The notes beneath the pieces were generated by a model that saw only the letters and a list, made by a program, of their open reading frames with translations, made no database searches and had not been told where the DNA came from. Positions 26,860 to 40,363 of a DNA stretch of 64,000 nucleotides are shown piece by piece (the stretch's first letter is position 1; the number at the start of each line of letters is the position of its first letter). The translations under genes were made by a program, and so were the position numbers. The DNA is taken from the NCBI RefSeq assembly GCF_009914755.1, contig NC_060928.1. One strand, 5' to 3'. The DNA comes from the human T2T-CHM13v2.0 reference genome, Homo sapiens.

Positions 26860-29800
26860 ATCTACTGTTGGCTATCCAGCCAAAAATCATGTTTTAGAGC
26901 CTTCCTTACTTCTAATTGTTGTCTCACTTTTAGTACTGATTTGTTCGCCATTCTGCCAGCTGGATGGCAACAATGAGGGGCTTTCAAGGATGGCAGAGTG
27001 ATAAGACAAAAAGTGTTCTAGTGTCTGGGTCACCAGGTGAAAGGGTGGCAACCAATGAGAAATACACCCTCATTAGATTGCTGTTTGTGGGAAAAATAAG
27101 ATTCTAGAGTTATGTCTCCACCAAAAATCAACAGAATATACATTCTTCTCCTCACCACATGGCACTTACTCTAAAATTGATCACATAATCGGAAATAAAA
27201 CACTCCTCAGCAAATGCAGAAAAACTAAAAACAAAGTAGTCTCTTGAACCACAGTGCAATCAAATTTGAAATCAAGACTACTAAGAAATTCAATCAAAAC
27301 TACAATTACATAGAAATTGAGTAACCTGCTCCTGAATAACTTTTGGGTAAATAATGAATTTAAGGCAGAAATCAAGAAGTTCTTTGAAACTAATGAGATA
27401 AAAGATACAACATACCAGAATCTCTGGGACACAGCTAAGGCAATGTTAAGAGGGAAGTTTATAGCACTAAATGCCCACATCAGAAAACTAGAAAGATCTC
27501 AAATTAACAACCTAACATGGACTAGAGAATCAAGAGCAAACAAATTGCACGGCTAGCAGAATACAAGAAATGACCAAAATCAGAACAGAACTGAAGGAGA
27601 TACAGACATGAAAAACAATCTAAAACCCAGAAGTTAGATTTTGAAAAAAAAAATAATAAAATAGAGAGACCGCAGCTAAACTAATAAAGAGGAAAGGAGA
27701 TTCAAATAAAACACCATCAGAAATGACAAGTGGGATGTTACCACTGACCCCACAGAAATACAAACAATTATCAAAGAATATTATACACAACTGTGTGCAT
27801 ACAAACTAGAAAATCTAGAATAATTGGTTAAATTTCTAGACACATAGACCCTCCCAAGACTGAACCAGGAAGAAATTGAATCCCTGAACACACCAATAAC
27901 TGGTTCTGAAATTAAGGCAGTAAAAAAAAGCTTACCAACCAAAAAAAAAAAAAAAAAAAAAAAAGCCTACGACCAGACAGATTCACAGCTGAATTCTACA
28001 AGATGTACAAAGAGCTGGTACCATTCCTACTGAAACTATTGCAAAAATTTTAGGAGGAGAGACTCCTCCCTAAGTCATTCTATGAGGCCAGCATCATCCT
28101 GATACCAAAACCTGGCAGAGATGTAAGACAAAAAGAAAACTTCAGACCAATACCCTTGATGAACATCAATGCAAAAATCCTCAACAAAATACTGAAAAAC
28201 CTAATCAATCAGCACATCAAAAAGTTTATCCACCACAATCAAGTAAGTTTCATCCCCGGGATGCAAGGTTGGTTCAACATACACAAATCAATAAATGTGA
28301 TTCATCACATAAATAGAACTGATGACAAAAACCACCTGATTATCTCAATAGATGCAGAAAAGACTTTCAATAAATTCAACATCCCTTCAGTTAAAAACTC
28401 TCAATAAACTAGGTATTGAAGGAACATACCTCAAAATAATAAGAGCCACATACGACAAACCCGCAGCCAACATTACACTGAACAGGCAAAAGCTGAAAGC
28501 ATTTCCCATGATAACTGGCACAAGATCAGGATGCCCTCTCTCATCACTCCCATTCAACCTAGTATTGGAAGTTCTGGCCAGAGTAATCAGGCAAGAGAAA
28601 AAAAATAAAGGGCATTCAAATAGAAAGAGAGGAAGTCAAACTACCCTGTTCACAGATGACATTTCCTATATCTAGAAAACCCCATAGTCTCAGCTCAAAA
28701 GCTTCTTAAGCTGATAAGCACCTTCAGCAAAGTTTTGGGATATAAAATCAATATGCAAAAATTACTAGCATTCCTATACACCAACAACCATCAAGTCAAG
28801 AGCCAAATCACAAACGAACTCCCATTCATAATTGTCACAAAAAGAAAAAATACCTGTGGATATAATTAACAAGGTAAGTGAAAGATCTGTACAATGAGAA
28901 CTACAAACCACTACTCAAAGAAATCCACTACACAAACAAATGGAAAAATATTTCATGCTTATGGATAGGAAGAATCAATATCATGTAAATGGCCATACTG
29001 TCCATAGCAATTTAGCGTTTCAATGTTATTCCCATTAAACTACCATTGACATTCTCCACAGAATTAGAAAAAGCTATCTTAAACTTCATAGGGAGCAAAA
29101 AAAGAGCCTGAATAGCCAAAACAAATTCTGAACAAAAAGAACAAAGCTGGAGGCATCATGCTACCTGACTTCAAACTATACTAAAGGGCTACAGTAACCA
29201 AAACAGCATGGTCCTGGTTCAAGAACAGACACATAGAGCAATGGAACTGAATAGAGAACGGAGGAATAAGACTGCACACCTAAAACTATCGGATCTTTGA
29301 CAAACTTGACAAAAACAAGCAATAGGAAAAGGATTACCTATTTAAAAATGGTGCTGGGATAACTGGCTATCCATATGCAAAAGATTAAAACTGGACACCT
29401 TCCTTATTCCATATACAAAATTTCACTCAAGGTGGATTAAAGACTTAAATGTAAAACCGAAAACTATAAAAACCTGGAATACAACCTAGGCAATACCATT
29501 CAGGACATAGGCATTGACAAAGATTTTATGATGAAGATGCCAAAATCAATTGAACAAAAGCAAATATTGACAAATGAGATCTAATTAAATTCAAGAGCTT
29601 CTTCATGAGAAAAGAAACTATCTACAGAGTAAACAGACAACCTACAGAATGGGAGACAATTTTTGCAATCTATGCATCTGACAAAGGTCTAATATTCAGC
29701 ATCTATAAGGAACTTAAAATAAATTTACAAGAAAAAAAAACCCCATTAAAAAGCGGGCAGAGGACATGAACAGACACATCTCAGAAGAAGACATACATGT

Positions 29801-30610
29801 GGTCAACAAGCATATGAGAAAAAGCTCAACATCACTGATCATTAGATAAATGCAAATCAAAACCACAATGAGATACAATTCCACACCTGTCAGAATGGCT
29901 ATTACTAAAATGTCAAAAAATAACAGATGCTGGCAAGGTTGTGGAGAAAAAGGAGTGCTTATACACTATTGGTGGAAGTGTAAATTAGTTCAACCATTGT
30001 GAATGATAGTGAGGTGATCCTTAAAGACTAAAGATCATTTGACCCAGCAATCCCATTACTGGGTATATAGCCAAGGAAACATAAATCGTTCTTTTATAAA
30101 GACATAGACACACGTATGTTCATTGCAGCACTATTCAGAATAGCGAAGATATGGAATCAACTGAAATGTCCATCAACAACAGACTGGCTTAAAAATGTGG
30201 AACATATACACCATGGAATACTATGTATCCATAAAAATAAACAAGATCATGTCCTTTGCAGGAACATGGATGGAGCTGGAGGCCAATATCGTTAGCAAAC
30301 TAACGCAAGAACAGGAAACCAAGTCATGTGTGTTCTCACTTATAAGTGGGAGCTAAATGATGAGAACACATGGACACATAGAGGGGAACAACACACACTA
30401 GGGCCTATTGGAGGGTGAAGGGTGGTAGGAGGAAGAGGATCAGGAAAAATAGCCAACAGGTACTAGGCTTAATACCTGGGTGGTGAAATAATCTATACAA
30501 GAAACCTCCATGACACATGTAATTTACCTAGGTAAGATTCTAGAGTTTTGCATCCTCACAGATTCTTGGCTCTATTTGTTGTAGTAGCTTTGTCCAGTCA
30601 GCTAATGTAC
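26860..30610 (+). mobile_element. MLT1H/J/K-like LTR split by an L1
   Basis: gatggcagagtg before the L1; ctatttgttgtagtagc...gctaatgta after it. Confidence 0.45.
27112..30532 (+). mobile_element. 5'-truncated L1PA (about L1PA12-16); disrupted ORF2 and 3'UTR
   Basis: ORF2 relics ([32 protein letters not shown]); 3'UTR gaggatcaggaaaaata...ctaggcttaatacctgggt; 15-bp TSD taagattctagagtt at 27097-27111 and 30533-30547. Confidence 0.97.
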
Positions 30611-31239
30611 TGCTAATCTTTATTCCCTGAGCAGCATTCATGTAAATACCAGTGTTTATTTGATCTTGGGCAAAACCAGAATTGTCTACCCATAACCTAC
30701 CACCAATCTCTCAAATCACAACCAGGTTGCAGCCTCAAAGGAGGAAGGTGTTCTGGGATAGGAAACATTAACCATTGTGACCACAAATCACAAATTTCTT
30801 ACCTCATTTCATGTGAGATCAATAGTGATGCCCATTTGTACATTTTTGTTTGTTGAACTCATATGAGACCTTAAAGGACAGTCAATATTCACTCAAATTT
30901 TAAATAGGGAACAGAAAAGAATGACATCATTTGTTTTGGAATCTTTGAAGACACTATATGTTCTTGCCCCTATTGTGACTTGTTATCTTCTGGGAACTTT
31001 TTAAGTCATACACAACAGTCACAATTTTATTTTCCCACACCCCTATCAATTGCCAAGGAAAAGATAAGGAAAAAAATTATCAGTTACATAGTACAGGGAT
31101 GATCTTCATTTCTTTGAGAGATTTGATTGGCTATTTTCCAGAACAATTGGGAGCTGTGCTAAGCTGTATATAAATGTTTACCTGACTGCTGCATTTAAAA
31201 ACAAACAAACAAAAGACAAAAAAACTGCACTGAGCTCTC

Positions 31240-31368
31240 TAAGAGTTTTGATTCCTAGACCCCAAATCCAAATTCTTTTTCCAATACTTTGAGATGAATC
31301 TTAGGGCTACATATATTTAATAACTTGCCCAGATGATTCTAATGTGCATTTAGTCCTGGAAACACATG
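31240..31368. mobile_element. MER5-like hAT relic
   Basis: ttgcccagatgattctaatgtgca...ggaaacacatg. Confidence 0.55.
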
Positions 31369-31559
31369 CTTCATTATTTAAAAAACTATTATCAAGTAAT
31401 TAATAAATTATTGACTTCTACTATTAATTGAAAATTCACGTTTTACTCTATTTTTATTAAAATAATCTTATTATGAATTAATTATAATATTTCCCTTCAA
31501 ATTTCTTCTTGTAGAAATCTATTTACAAACTTCTCAGTAAGTTTTATTGTATTAACAGT

Positions 31560-32170
31560 AATTGTTTCTATGTCCTTTTTTCTGGTTTTGGTGCTCATCA
31601 CATTTTTTCAAATCTGCATCATAAACTTCCCTTCTTGAGAAATTTATTTTGTTGGCTGTTCTAATTAGCTAGATATATCTTCAAATTGTTTTAGTGTGAA
31701 CTCTTAGGAGGTATAATTTTCATGTCCTTGAATGTCAGCAAATACCTTTCTCCTGCCCTTGCAACTAAATGATGGCTTCTCTGGGGATACAGTTCTTAGA
31801 CCTTAATCTTTTTTTCTTTTTAAAGCTGCTGATGTTGCCCTATTGATTTCTGACCCTTAGTGATCAGGAGGAAAAAATCTAACACCAACCTAATTATATC
31901 CTTTGAAGGCAACATGTCTTTTCTGCTGGATATATGGGGTGTCTATTTTCACTAAATTTGCTTGGTACTCTGTGACCTCTTTTGATCTGATGTCTCAAAT
32001 CTTTCTTCAGATCTGGAAACTTTTTTTTTAGTATTTGTTTGATGATTCGTTTTTGTTGTTTAATTCTAAGTACCACCATGTTGGTACTTCTCAATCCTTC
32101 ACCAAACTCCCTCAAATCTTAGTCTCCATATCGAAACTTTTTTTCTGCAAAATTCAATCAAATGATTATA
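31560..32170 (-). mobile_element. HAL1/old L1 ORF1 relic
   Basis: Minus-strand peptide KFPDLKKDLRHQIKRGHRVP resembles L1/HAL1 ORF1p ENFP..K....QI.RAHR. Confidence 0.7.
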
Positions 32171-32176
32171 ATTTCT

Positions 32177-32884
32177 TATGACATAATGAGATGTATATTT
32201 GGTATCTGCCTCTGGTTCCTGACACAGAGCTCCTAAAACTCTGGTAATTTACTGAGTGAAAGGGGTGATAACAGCATTTTTTTAAAACAGTATTTGATCT
32301 TTGTCCTTGGTTCCTGACAAAAGATCTTCTAAGCCCCTTGGCATCTTTGACAATGTAAGAGTGTCTTCTGGATTCTAATGAATGACTCTTTGCTGGGGTC
32401 TCTAAACGGCTTCAGGATGGAGGCTGCTTGAAAGAAGGACCAAAGCAATGCTGACACTTTCAGCCACACACACCTATCTCCAAAGAAGGCAGAGGCGCTG
32501 GAGACTGAGCTGATCACCGATGGCCAATGATTTAATCAGTCATGCCTATATAATGAAATCTCCATAAAAACTCCCGAAATGATGGGTTTGGGAGAGCTCC
32601 AGGTTGGTGAACACATTGACATATCAAGAGGATGGCACTCCCCAACTCCACTGTACAGAAGTTCCTGCACTCAAGACACATTCAGACTTTTCTCTGTGTA
32701 CCAATTCTTCTTGCTGTTCATTTTTACACTTCATAATATCCTTTGTAATAAACTGGTAACATAAGTAAAATGTTTCTCTCAGTTCTGTGACTTGTTACAA
32801 CAAATAATAAAATATTATTAGTAAAAAATAGTTCATGGGAACCCCAAATTTGTGCCCAGTCAGAAGTAAGTGTGGGTAAGCTGG
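32177..32884 (+). mobile_element. MER21C-like LTR, 5' part
   Basis: ggttcctgacacagagctcctaaa; tggccaatgatttaatcagtcatgcct. Confidence 0.8.
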
Positions 32885-33294
32885 CACAGAGACAAAAGTG
32901 ACTCCATCTTGGATGCCAATCCAGCATGTTGACATCTGCATAGCCCCAGTCCTATAAATGCCTCCTTGCTTGTATTTTATTTGTAAAAACAAAGAAAATT
33001 GGTGTCATTGCACACAATATACACTATGACATGCACACCATTCTTGCTTGTTCTGGAGGGTTGCCTTAAATTGTCTTGCTGCAGTACCTATCCCCTTTCC
33101 TTATGGGATATAAGCCTTGCATCTGGGGAGTAACAGTGCAGGGATCAACCTGCTTTGCAGCCATGCTTCTGTCTGTAGGATCCCCAAAACAACACCCTAT
33201 ACCAAAAAACTGGATATGTGTGCCTCGTTCTTTGGATTCTCAGCTCCTTTGGTATTTGGGGGTTGCTTTGCTTATAGGGCCCTTTCACAGAACA
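32885..33294 (+). mobile_element. 5' LTR of class III ERV (LTR47-like)
   Basis: agagacaaaagtgactccatcttggatg...ccctttcacagaaca; homologous to 37554-38001. Confidence 0.85.
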
Positions 33295-36200
33295 AATGGC
33301 AAGTCAGCAAGAAGGGGTCAGGAAACCTAAGTTTGGGTAAGAGGAAGGAACCATCTGTAGGGGATATCCTGAGGGGTGGGGGTGAGGCATCGTTACTGTG
33401 TAGGGTGGTGTTGCCTGTTTGCTAGATGCCTGTGGACTGTTGCATGAGTACAGGGATTCCCTGAAAATGCCAGAGAGTTTAGAAATCTTGTTAGTAAATA
33501 GCCGTATGTCCCACTGTGATAAGAAAGATCACAAAACAGCCACAATAGTGCGTTTGCCACTGTTAGGGGCTGTGCAAGTGGCCACAGAAGCACAGGTAGT
33601 GGCTGAGGGGAGTGTAGGAAAGCTGGAGAAAGAATTACACTTAGAAAGAGCTATGAGAACTTCCACATCTGTGTTAGTGCCTGGTTTGGCAGATAAGCTT
33701 TAAAGGCAGGAGGCACCATTGGAAACCTTAGCTTGCCGCTTTGTACGGCTGGGAGGGAGAAACCTGTGCCAGCCAGAAGTGCAGGCTTTCCTTGCCAAAT
33801 CAGAGTGAGATGCAAAGATCTGAAATTTTGGGGAACCAGTTAGTGAGTCACATGATGACACAGAGGTTAACTCAGAGGTGGGAGATAATTATCCTCTCCT
33901 TTTGAGAGCAAAAACGCTCATGTGCCACAAAGCAAAAGCCCAACGCATGCAGCCCTGGGCAGGATTATTGGGCATAGCAAACACTTTTAAACAGCTGCTG
34001 AGAGAAAACTTAGTTACGTGGATGGTGTGGCTATGGGACACCAGTGGGGATGGCCTTTCCCTAGCAGGGAGTAAAGCTGAACAAATGAGAGAGTGCCCAT
34101 CTGGGAGTGGCATGGCCCGCTTTTGGGGAAATTTGTGTATGAGCTCTGGAAAGCCATTTCTGATTTTGGAGAAACTGAAAGGGAAGAGAAAAGGTTACTA
34201 AGTGAAAAGGGAAAATGAGAGAAAGAAAGTCTGCTGGACTGAAAAAAAAGGAGGTAAAACCCAGTTAGGATTACTAGGAAACAAATGTGATATGATTTGA
34301 TCTTAGCTGGAGTAGACGAAACATACACATACACAGGCAATCTAATGTCATACTAGTGGGCCTTTGGAATGCCCTTACTTCCAATTAATAGTTTAGACCT
34401 CTTCCCAGAACCCCACTAGAGGAGAGAGAAGAAAAAGAAGAAATTCCATGTAGAATGACTTCAATTTCTGAGTTCCAGCGGTAGACTGCTACCCAGCCTA
34501 CAGACTAGGGTGGTGCCAAGGGTGCCTCCATGCCAGAGCAATAGGGGGTTAACAGAGGCCTCCTGTGGAGCTCACAATCTATTGGAATCCAAGTAACAAG
34601 CAGAGAAAATCACTTCATAGATACAGTGGCTTTAAGAATGCACCTTAATTCATGCCAACCCAGAGACATGGTAAATAGGCAGCAGGTTATCAGTGCCAAA
34701 CAATCGGAATGAAACAAACACCTCTCCTCCTTGTTATCAGGTGGAAGCTCCCCCACTTATTATACTGTCTTCATCTCACCTACTCCAGAAAACATCTTGG
34801 GTATGGATGTCCTGTTACGGTGCATGCTACAAACACCTGTGGGAGAATTTCGCCTATGGGTTCCAGCATTAATGGCTATTTTAAGAGGGAAGCAATATGG
34901 AAATCTGTACCTCTTCCTAATCTATGGTGTATTATTAATATGAAACAGTACCATCTTCCTGGTGGGACAGAATAAATTACAGCCACCATATAGGAGCAGG
35001 CCAAAGTTAATATTATCCAGCCAGCCCAAAGCCCCTTTGAGTCCTGGGTGGCCAGTAAGAAAGCCAAATGGCACCCGAATCATGACAGTAGGCACAGGAA
35101 ATAAATAGGGAGGTTCCAAAGATACATGCAGCTGTGTCTAATATAATTCAAGTGATAGAGCAAATAATACAAAATACAGGAACTTACCATGCTGTGTTAG
35201 ATTTGGCTAGCGCTCCGGTAGCATCCCTTTACACACTGACTCACAGGCATTACATTGATGATATTACCCTAACTTCTGAAAACTTGTCATTGCTGTGGTA
35301 ACAGGCAACAGTTTAATGCCTTGTGCACCTTTCTTCAATTTAGATGATGGGCCATCAGCCTGCAAAAGATCCAGGGCCCAGGGCCCACTATAAAGTTCCT
35401 AGGGGTTACTCGATTAGGTAAGATATGCCTTATCCTACACACACTCATTGACAAAATACAATTTCTTCCATGCTTAAAACAGTTACACGGTTACCAAGTT
35501 TTCTAGGTATTTTGGGATATCGGCAAGCTTTTATTTCACATTTAGCTCAATATTTGCATCCCCTATACTGAATAGTAAATAAGAGACCTAGTTGGTGCTG
35601 TGACAAAAAAAAATAAAAATAAAAAAAATAAAAACCAAGAGGAAGCATTTGAGAAGGCTGTTATTAGTGGCTCAGGCACAAGTCTTGGGTTCCGCCCTCT
35701 CTGGATTACCAATCTCTTGAGATATGACCATAAGTCCTGAAGGGATTAGTTGGGCACTCGGACAAGTCTAGCATGGGAAAACAGTTCCCCTAGGATTCTG
35801 GCCACACCTATGGAAGGGTGCTGAAACCCACTATTCCTCTATTGAACAACAGGTCCTGGGAATATACAAGGACTTATGGAAAGTTTTTCAGAAAGTTGAA
35901 CCCATAACTGCTACTTTGCCAGTAACAGTGAAAACTGTCTCCCTATCAAGAGCTGAATAGAAGGGAATTTTCAGGCATGCCTCAGCTATTGCCCAAGACT
36001 CCACTTTACAAAAGTGGCAAGCAAACCTGCAATAACACAGTACCCTCTCCACAAGTGCCTTGGGGGATGAACTGCAATAGAAAAGGAGACCAGTGCTGCC
36101 CCTGTTGTGGAGCCCCCACAGGAGAAGCCTCCAATGCTACACAAAGGCATGGCCCCCATTCCTGAAAACTCTTGTTACTCAGATGGGTAGAGCCTAGGCA

Positions 36201-37553
36201 CTCCTTGTGCATGGGTGGCAGTAGTTGTACAATCGTAGACAGATACCATCTGGTTTGAGATGGGAATGCAGCAATGCAGTCAATGGGCAGAACTCTGAGC
36301 TGCATGGCTGGTTTGTACCCAAGAGCTGTGACCTATAGTTCTCTGTACAGGCACTATGGCAGTATTTAAGATCTTACAACATGGCTTGCACAAAGGGCCC
36401 GAGATAACTAACATGTATTTAAGAAACCCTTATGGAGAGCTGCCATGTAAAAAAATCATTTGGGAAGGCTACAAGAATATGCTGTGAGCCTAATTTTGTA
36501 TCATGTTTTAGCACATTGGCTAGATTCATCCCCTGGTAACATGGAGGCTGATACCCTAGCAAAAATTAGGACATTGGCTCCCTGGCAATCCTCTGAACTA
36601 GCTTATTGGGTACGTAAGCATAGTGGGCATCACATTGTTTGCATACTTTTCATGGGTGGGCAAAGATTTTGCCTCAAGCCATTAGAAACCCTAACTCAGT
36701 TGAGGTGAACATAGGGCTGGCACAACACCAGCAACATGGGACCCCCACAGAGGAGGGCTTCTTAACCACAGTGGTAAAGAAAGACTGACCAGACACATTT
36801 CTACCTGAACTGATAAAAGGCCAATAGCAAATATTATCAATTATTTGGGATGTCCCAAGACTTTGAGACAGGGGAGGGGATACTTGAATGGAGATTAGAC
36901 TGTCAATTTCCCCCAGGTTGGATAGGGTATTTCTTGTCAGAGAGTAAAGAAATCCCCGGCCAACTAAAGTGGTCTCCGATGATCCTGTTTCAGTCTGGAT
37001 CAAAACGCTCCACATACCAGTACACTGAAACATAGCTCCTTTTAAAAGCCACTCTGATCAGCCATTTAACATGATTCTTTGCAGCCCCTGTTACCTTAAA
37101 ATTATCACTGGCACCTTCACCCATCAGGTAAATTGTTTGGTGCGTGCCCCTAGCCCATAATCAGACAGCCTCTGTCATAACTGAGATGACACTACAGTCA
37201 TCTTGTTTGTTGGAGAAGAATTGCCCCATCAAATGCCTACTAACCGCTGATATTTCCTCCCATAGTCTTCTGCTTCTGTTGCTGCTCTGCCCTACAAAAG
37301 GTCTCTTTGTTTGGTCCTGGGGAACATGGTGGCAAAAGACATTATTAATTTTGTGTCTTATACTTGGCATGAGTATCATTGCCTGTTATTGTTTACATTG
37401 TTGCTTTGCCTCTGCTTACAAGTAGAAGCCAAATTGATGCAATTGGTTCATGCTATTGAAATGACTACAGCACCTCTCCTTTCAGGAGGTATAGGGACCA
37501 TTGCAGAAGACTTGGGTGCCTCAGATTGTAAGACCCAGATTAGAGGGGTGGAG
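33295..37553 (+). mobile_element. Internal region of degenerate class III ERV (ERVL47/HERV-S-like): gag-pro-pol relics
   Basis: PBS-like tggcaagtcagcaaga at 33297; protease ILGMDVL; RT YHAVLDLASA, HYIDDI (35248), KIQGPGPTIKFLGV; RNase H QWAEL and HVLAH...GNMEADTLA; PPT agaggggtggag at 37542-37553; many stops and frameshifts. Confidence 0.88.
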
Positions 37554-38001
37554 TGTAGAGACAAAAGAGCCTCCATCTTGCTCCATCTTGGATGCTAATC
37601 CGCCATGTTAACTTCTGATTAGCTCCAGTTTCATGAATACCTTAAGATTTCTACTTCATTTACTGCCCCCAGCGTAAGAACAAAGCATGCTTGATGTTAT
37701 CACACATATTATAGGCTATGATGCACATAGAATTCTTGCCTTTTTTGGTGGGTGACCTTTAATTGTCTCGCTGGAGCAAATTTACCGTTTCCCTATGGTA
37801 TGTGGAGTATACCATATGGGTCTGCATAGTAACAGTGCAGAGATTTATCTGCCTTGTGGCTGCCCAAGACGATACTGTTGTCTGTAAGTTCCCCAGTAAA
37901 AGACTGTTCCGACAAACTGGATTTGTCTTCCTTCTTCTTTGGTTTATCAGTTCCTTTGGCATTTGGGGTCCCTTTGCATGGTATGGCCCTTTCACAGAAC
38001 A
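37554..38001 (+). mobile_element. 3' LTR of class III ERV (LTR47-like)
   Basis: tgtagagacaaaag...ttcacagaaca; contains a 10-bp tandem duplication ctccatcttg at 37571-37590. Confidence 0.88.
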
Positions 38002-38235
38002 CGTGGGGATCCAAATACTTGTGATTGGTGTCTGAAGTTGAGGGCAGTTTTTGAGACTGAGTCCTTAGCTTGCGGGATCTGTGCTAACTCTGAGTAGTTA
38101 GTGTCAGAATGAAATTAAATTGTAGATCCCCCAGCTGGTGTCCACAGAATATTTTAAAATTACTTGGTGTGGAAAACCTACACATTTGTGTATCAAAGTG
38201 TTGTGAGTTGAGTTGAGTAGCAGTTTTCCTCTTGC
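38002..38235 (+). mobile_element. MER21C-like LTR, 3' part
   Basis: tacttgtgattggtgtctgaagt; agttagtgtcagaat. Confidence 0.8.
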
Positions 38236-38416
38236 ATCCGTTTAAAAATTTGTCATAATGGTTTTCACAAGAATACTTTCTTTTCTGATCTTAATGTTTT
38301 TTCTTTTTTAATGTCAATATTCTAGATTTTATTGTGAATAAAAATTAGCTAATTCATTTATTTGGCTCCTCCTATTCTTTTTAGTAAACTCACTCCATAT
38401 CTGCTCTGTTCAATAG

Positions 38417-38827
<411 letters not shown>

Positions 38828-39534
38828 TAATTTCTTTACCTTATTTGCTTTTTAATCCTAAATTCAATAGATGTGATGCCTCTTTTATAACTTACAAGCC
38901 TGTCTTAACAAAAGCCAGATGCACAAAGGTCCTGATTTTGCCTATGCTAGACCTAAGAGAAAAAAATACTCGAGACAAACACTCCATTTTTAGCCATTAA
39001 GAAAGCATATACATTACCCTTTTATATGTTTATATTGATTATTTTGGTAAACCTTCCAATAAATATAAAACAATGTTTAATAATAATCTCTGAGAAACTT
39101 CCTTGAATTTTTGACAATAATGGACAAGGCATTATGGGTAAGATTTGATGGACTGAGATGAAGACCTGACCGTTGCAGAATTTTTTATGTTCAGTTACCA
39201 AGTACTTTATTCAAACTTTAAAAAAAAATTGGCACTCCGTAATTCCTCACTTTCCTGTATAATAGCTTTTAGAATTTACATGAAGGATGTTGCTTACATA
39301 TGCTAATTTTTATTAGCATTTGTAATTGAAAAATAATACTCCGCAAGTACTATTTTTTTAAATATTTACTATTATTGAATTCTATTTTAAACCTGAAGAT
39401 CATATTTACGACAGCTAAGTAGACCCCTGACTGGAGGTCCCAGATGGGGCCAAAAGTGAGTGCTTTGTGTATGATTTACTTACTACTTGTTGTTTAAGTT
39501 TTCCAATATTAATTATATATGCCAAAACTATCTG

Positions 39535-39915
39535 TATATAGGTCAGGCTTCTCCAGAAAAATGAAATCAATATGGTGTGGGTGTGTGTGTGTGTGTGTAG
39601 AATAAGATATATTGTAAGACATTGTCTCACATTATTATGGAGACTGACAAGTCCCAAATTGCCATATAGGTTAGGAAGCTGGAGACCCGGGAGACTGAAT
39701 GTTACAGATAAGTCCAAAGATATTTTGCCAGAGAATTTCCACAGGGAGTCTGATTTTGTTGTGGTTGTTGTTGTTGTTGTTCTGTTCAGGCATTCAGCTG
39801 ATTGGATGAGATCCACTTCATAATGGAGGGCAATCAACTTTAAGTTTACCAATTTAAACATCAGTGTCATCATAAAAAGCACGTTTCAAGTTGACACATA
39901 AAATTAATCATCATA
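39535..39915 (-). mobile_element. MLT2B-like LTR
   Basis: gtcaggcttctccaga...ctgattggatgag...gttgacacataaaattaatcatc. Confidence 0.85.
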
Positions 39916-39944
39916 ATATTATATGGGAAAAATCATTATTATAT

Positions 39945-40110
39945 AGAGTCCAAAGACTTAGGTTCAAATTCTAGTTCTCTGATAACTTATATGATCTTAG
40001 TCAACTCAGTTAACCAGTTTGAGTCTTCATACAGTTTTGTATAAAATAAAAGTTATAACATCTATTGAATTGTTGTGAGGATAAAACAATACTGAAGCAT
40101 ATAGTGCAGG
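39945..40110 (+). mobile_element. MIR
   Basis: ggttcaaattctagttct...gttgtgaggataaaa. Confidence 0.6.
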
Positions 40111-40363
40111 ATAGAACTGAATAAAAAACCAGAGTCTGAAATTTTTTCTGCAATACAAAAAGAAAGAAAAAATACAAGCTGATTTCTGGAGGATATGGGA
40201 AAACAATAGGTAAGGGAAACATGATATTAGTTGACTTTCCATAAGTTTCCATTATACCCTCTGACCTAGTTAATTTTATATTAATCAACATGGCAATTTC
40301 TAAATGAGGCACTTGGTATACTAGTTAAGAAAAGTGTTATGAAAATAGATCTGGATTAGTGTT

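Noticed and set aside
28156-28675. RT-like ORFs as a functional gene
   Set aside because: Frameshifted fragments of a truncated L1 ORF2
39415-39882. 155-aa ORF, the longest in the track
   Set aside because: Lies mostly in an MLT2 LTR and reads through (GTT)n/(TG)n repeats
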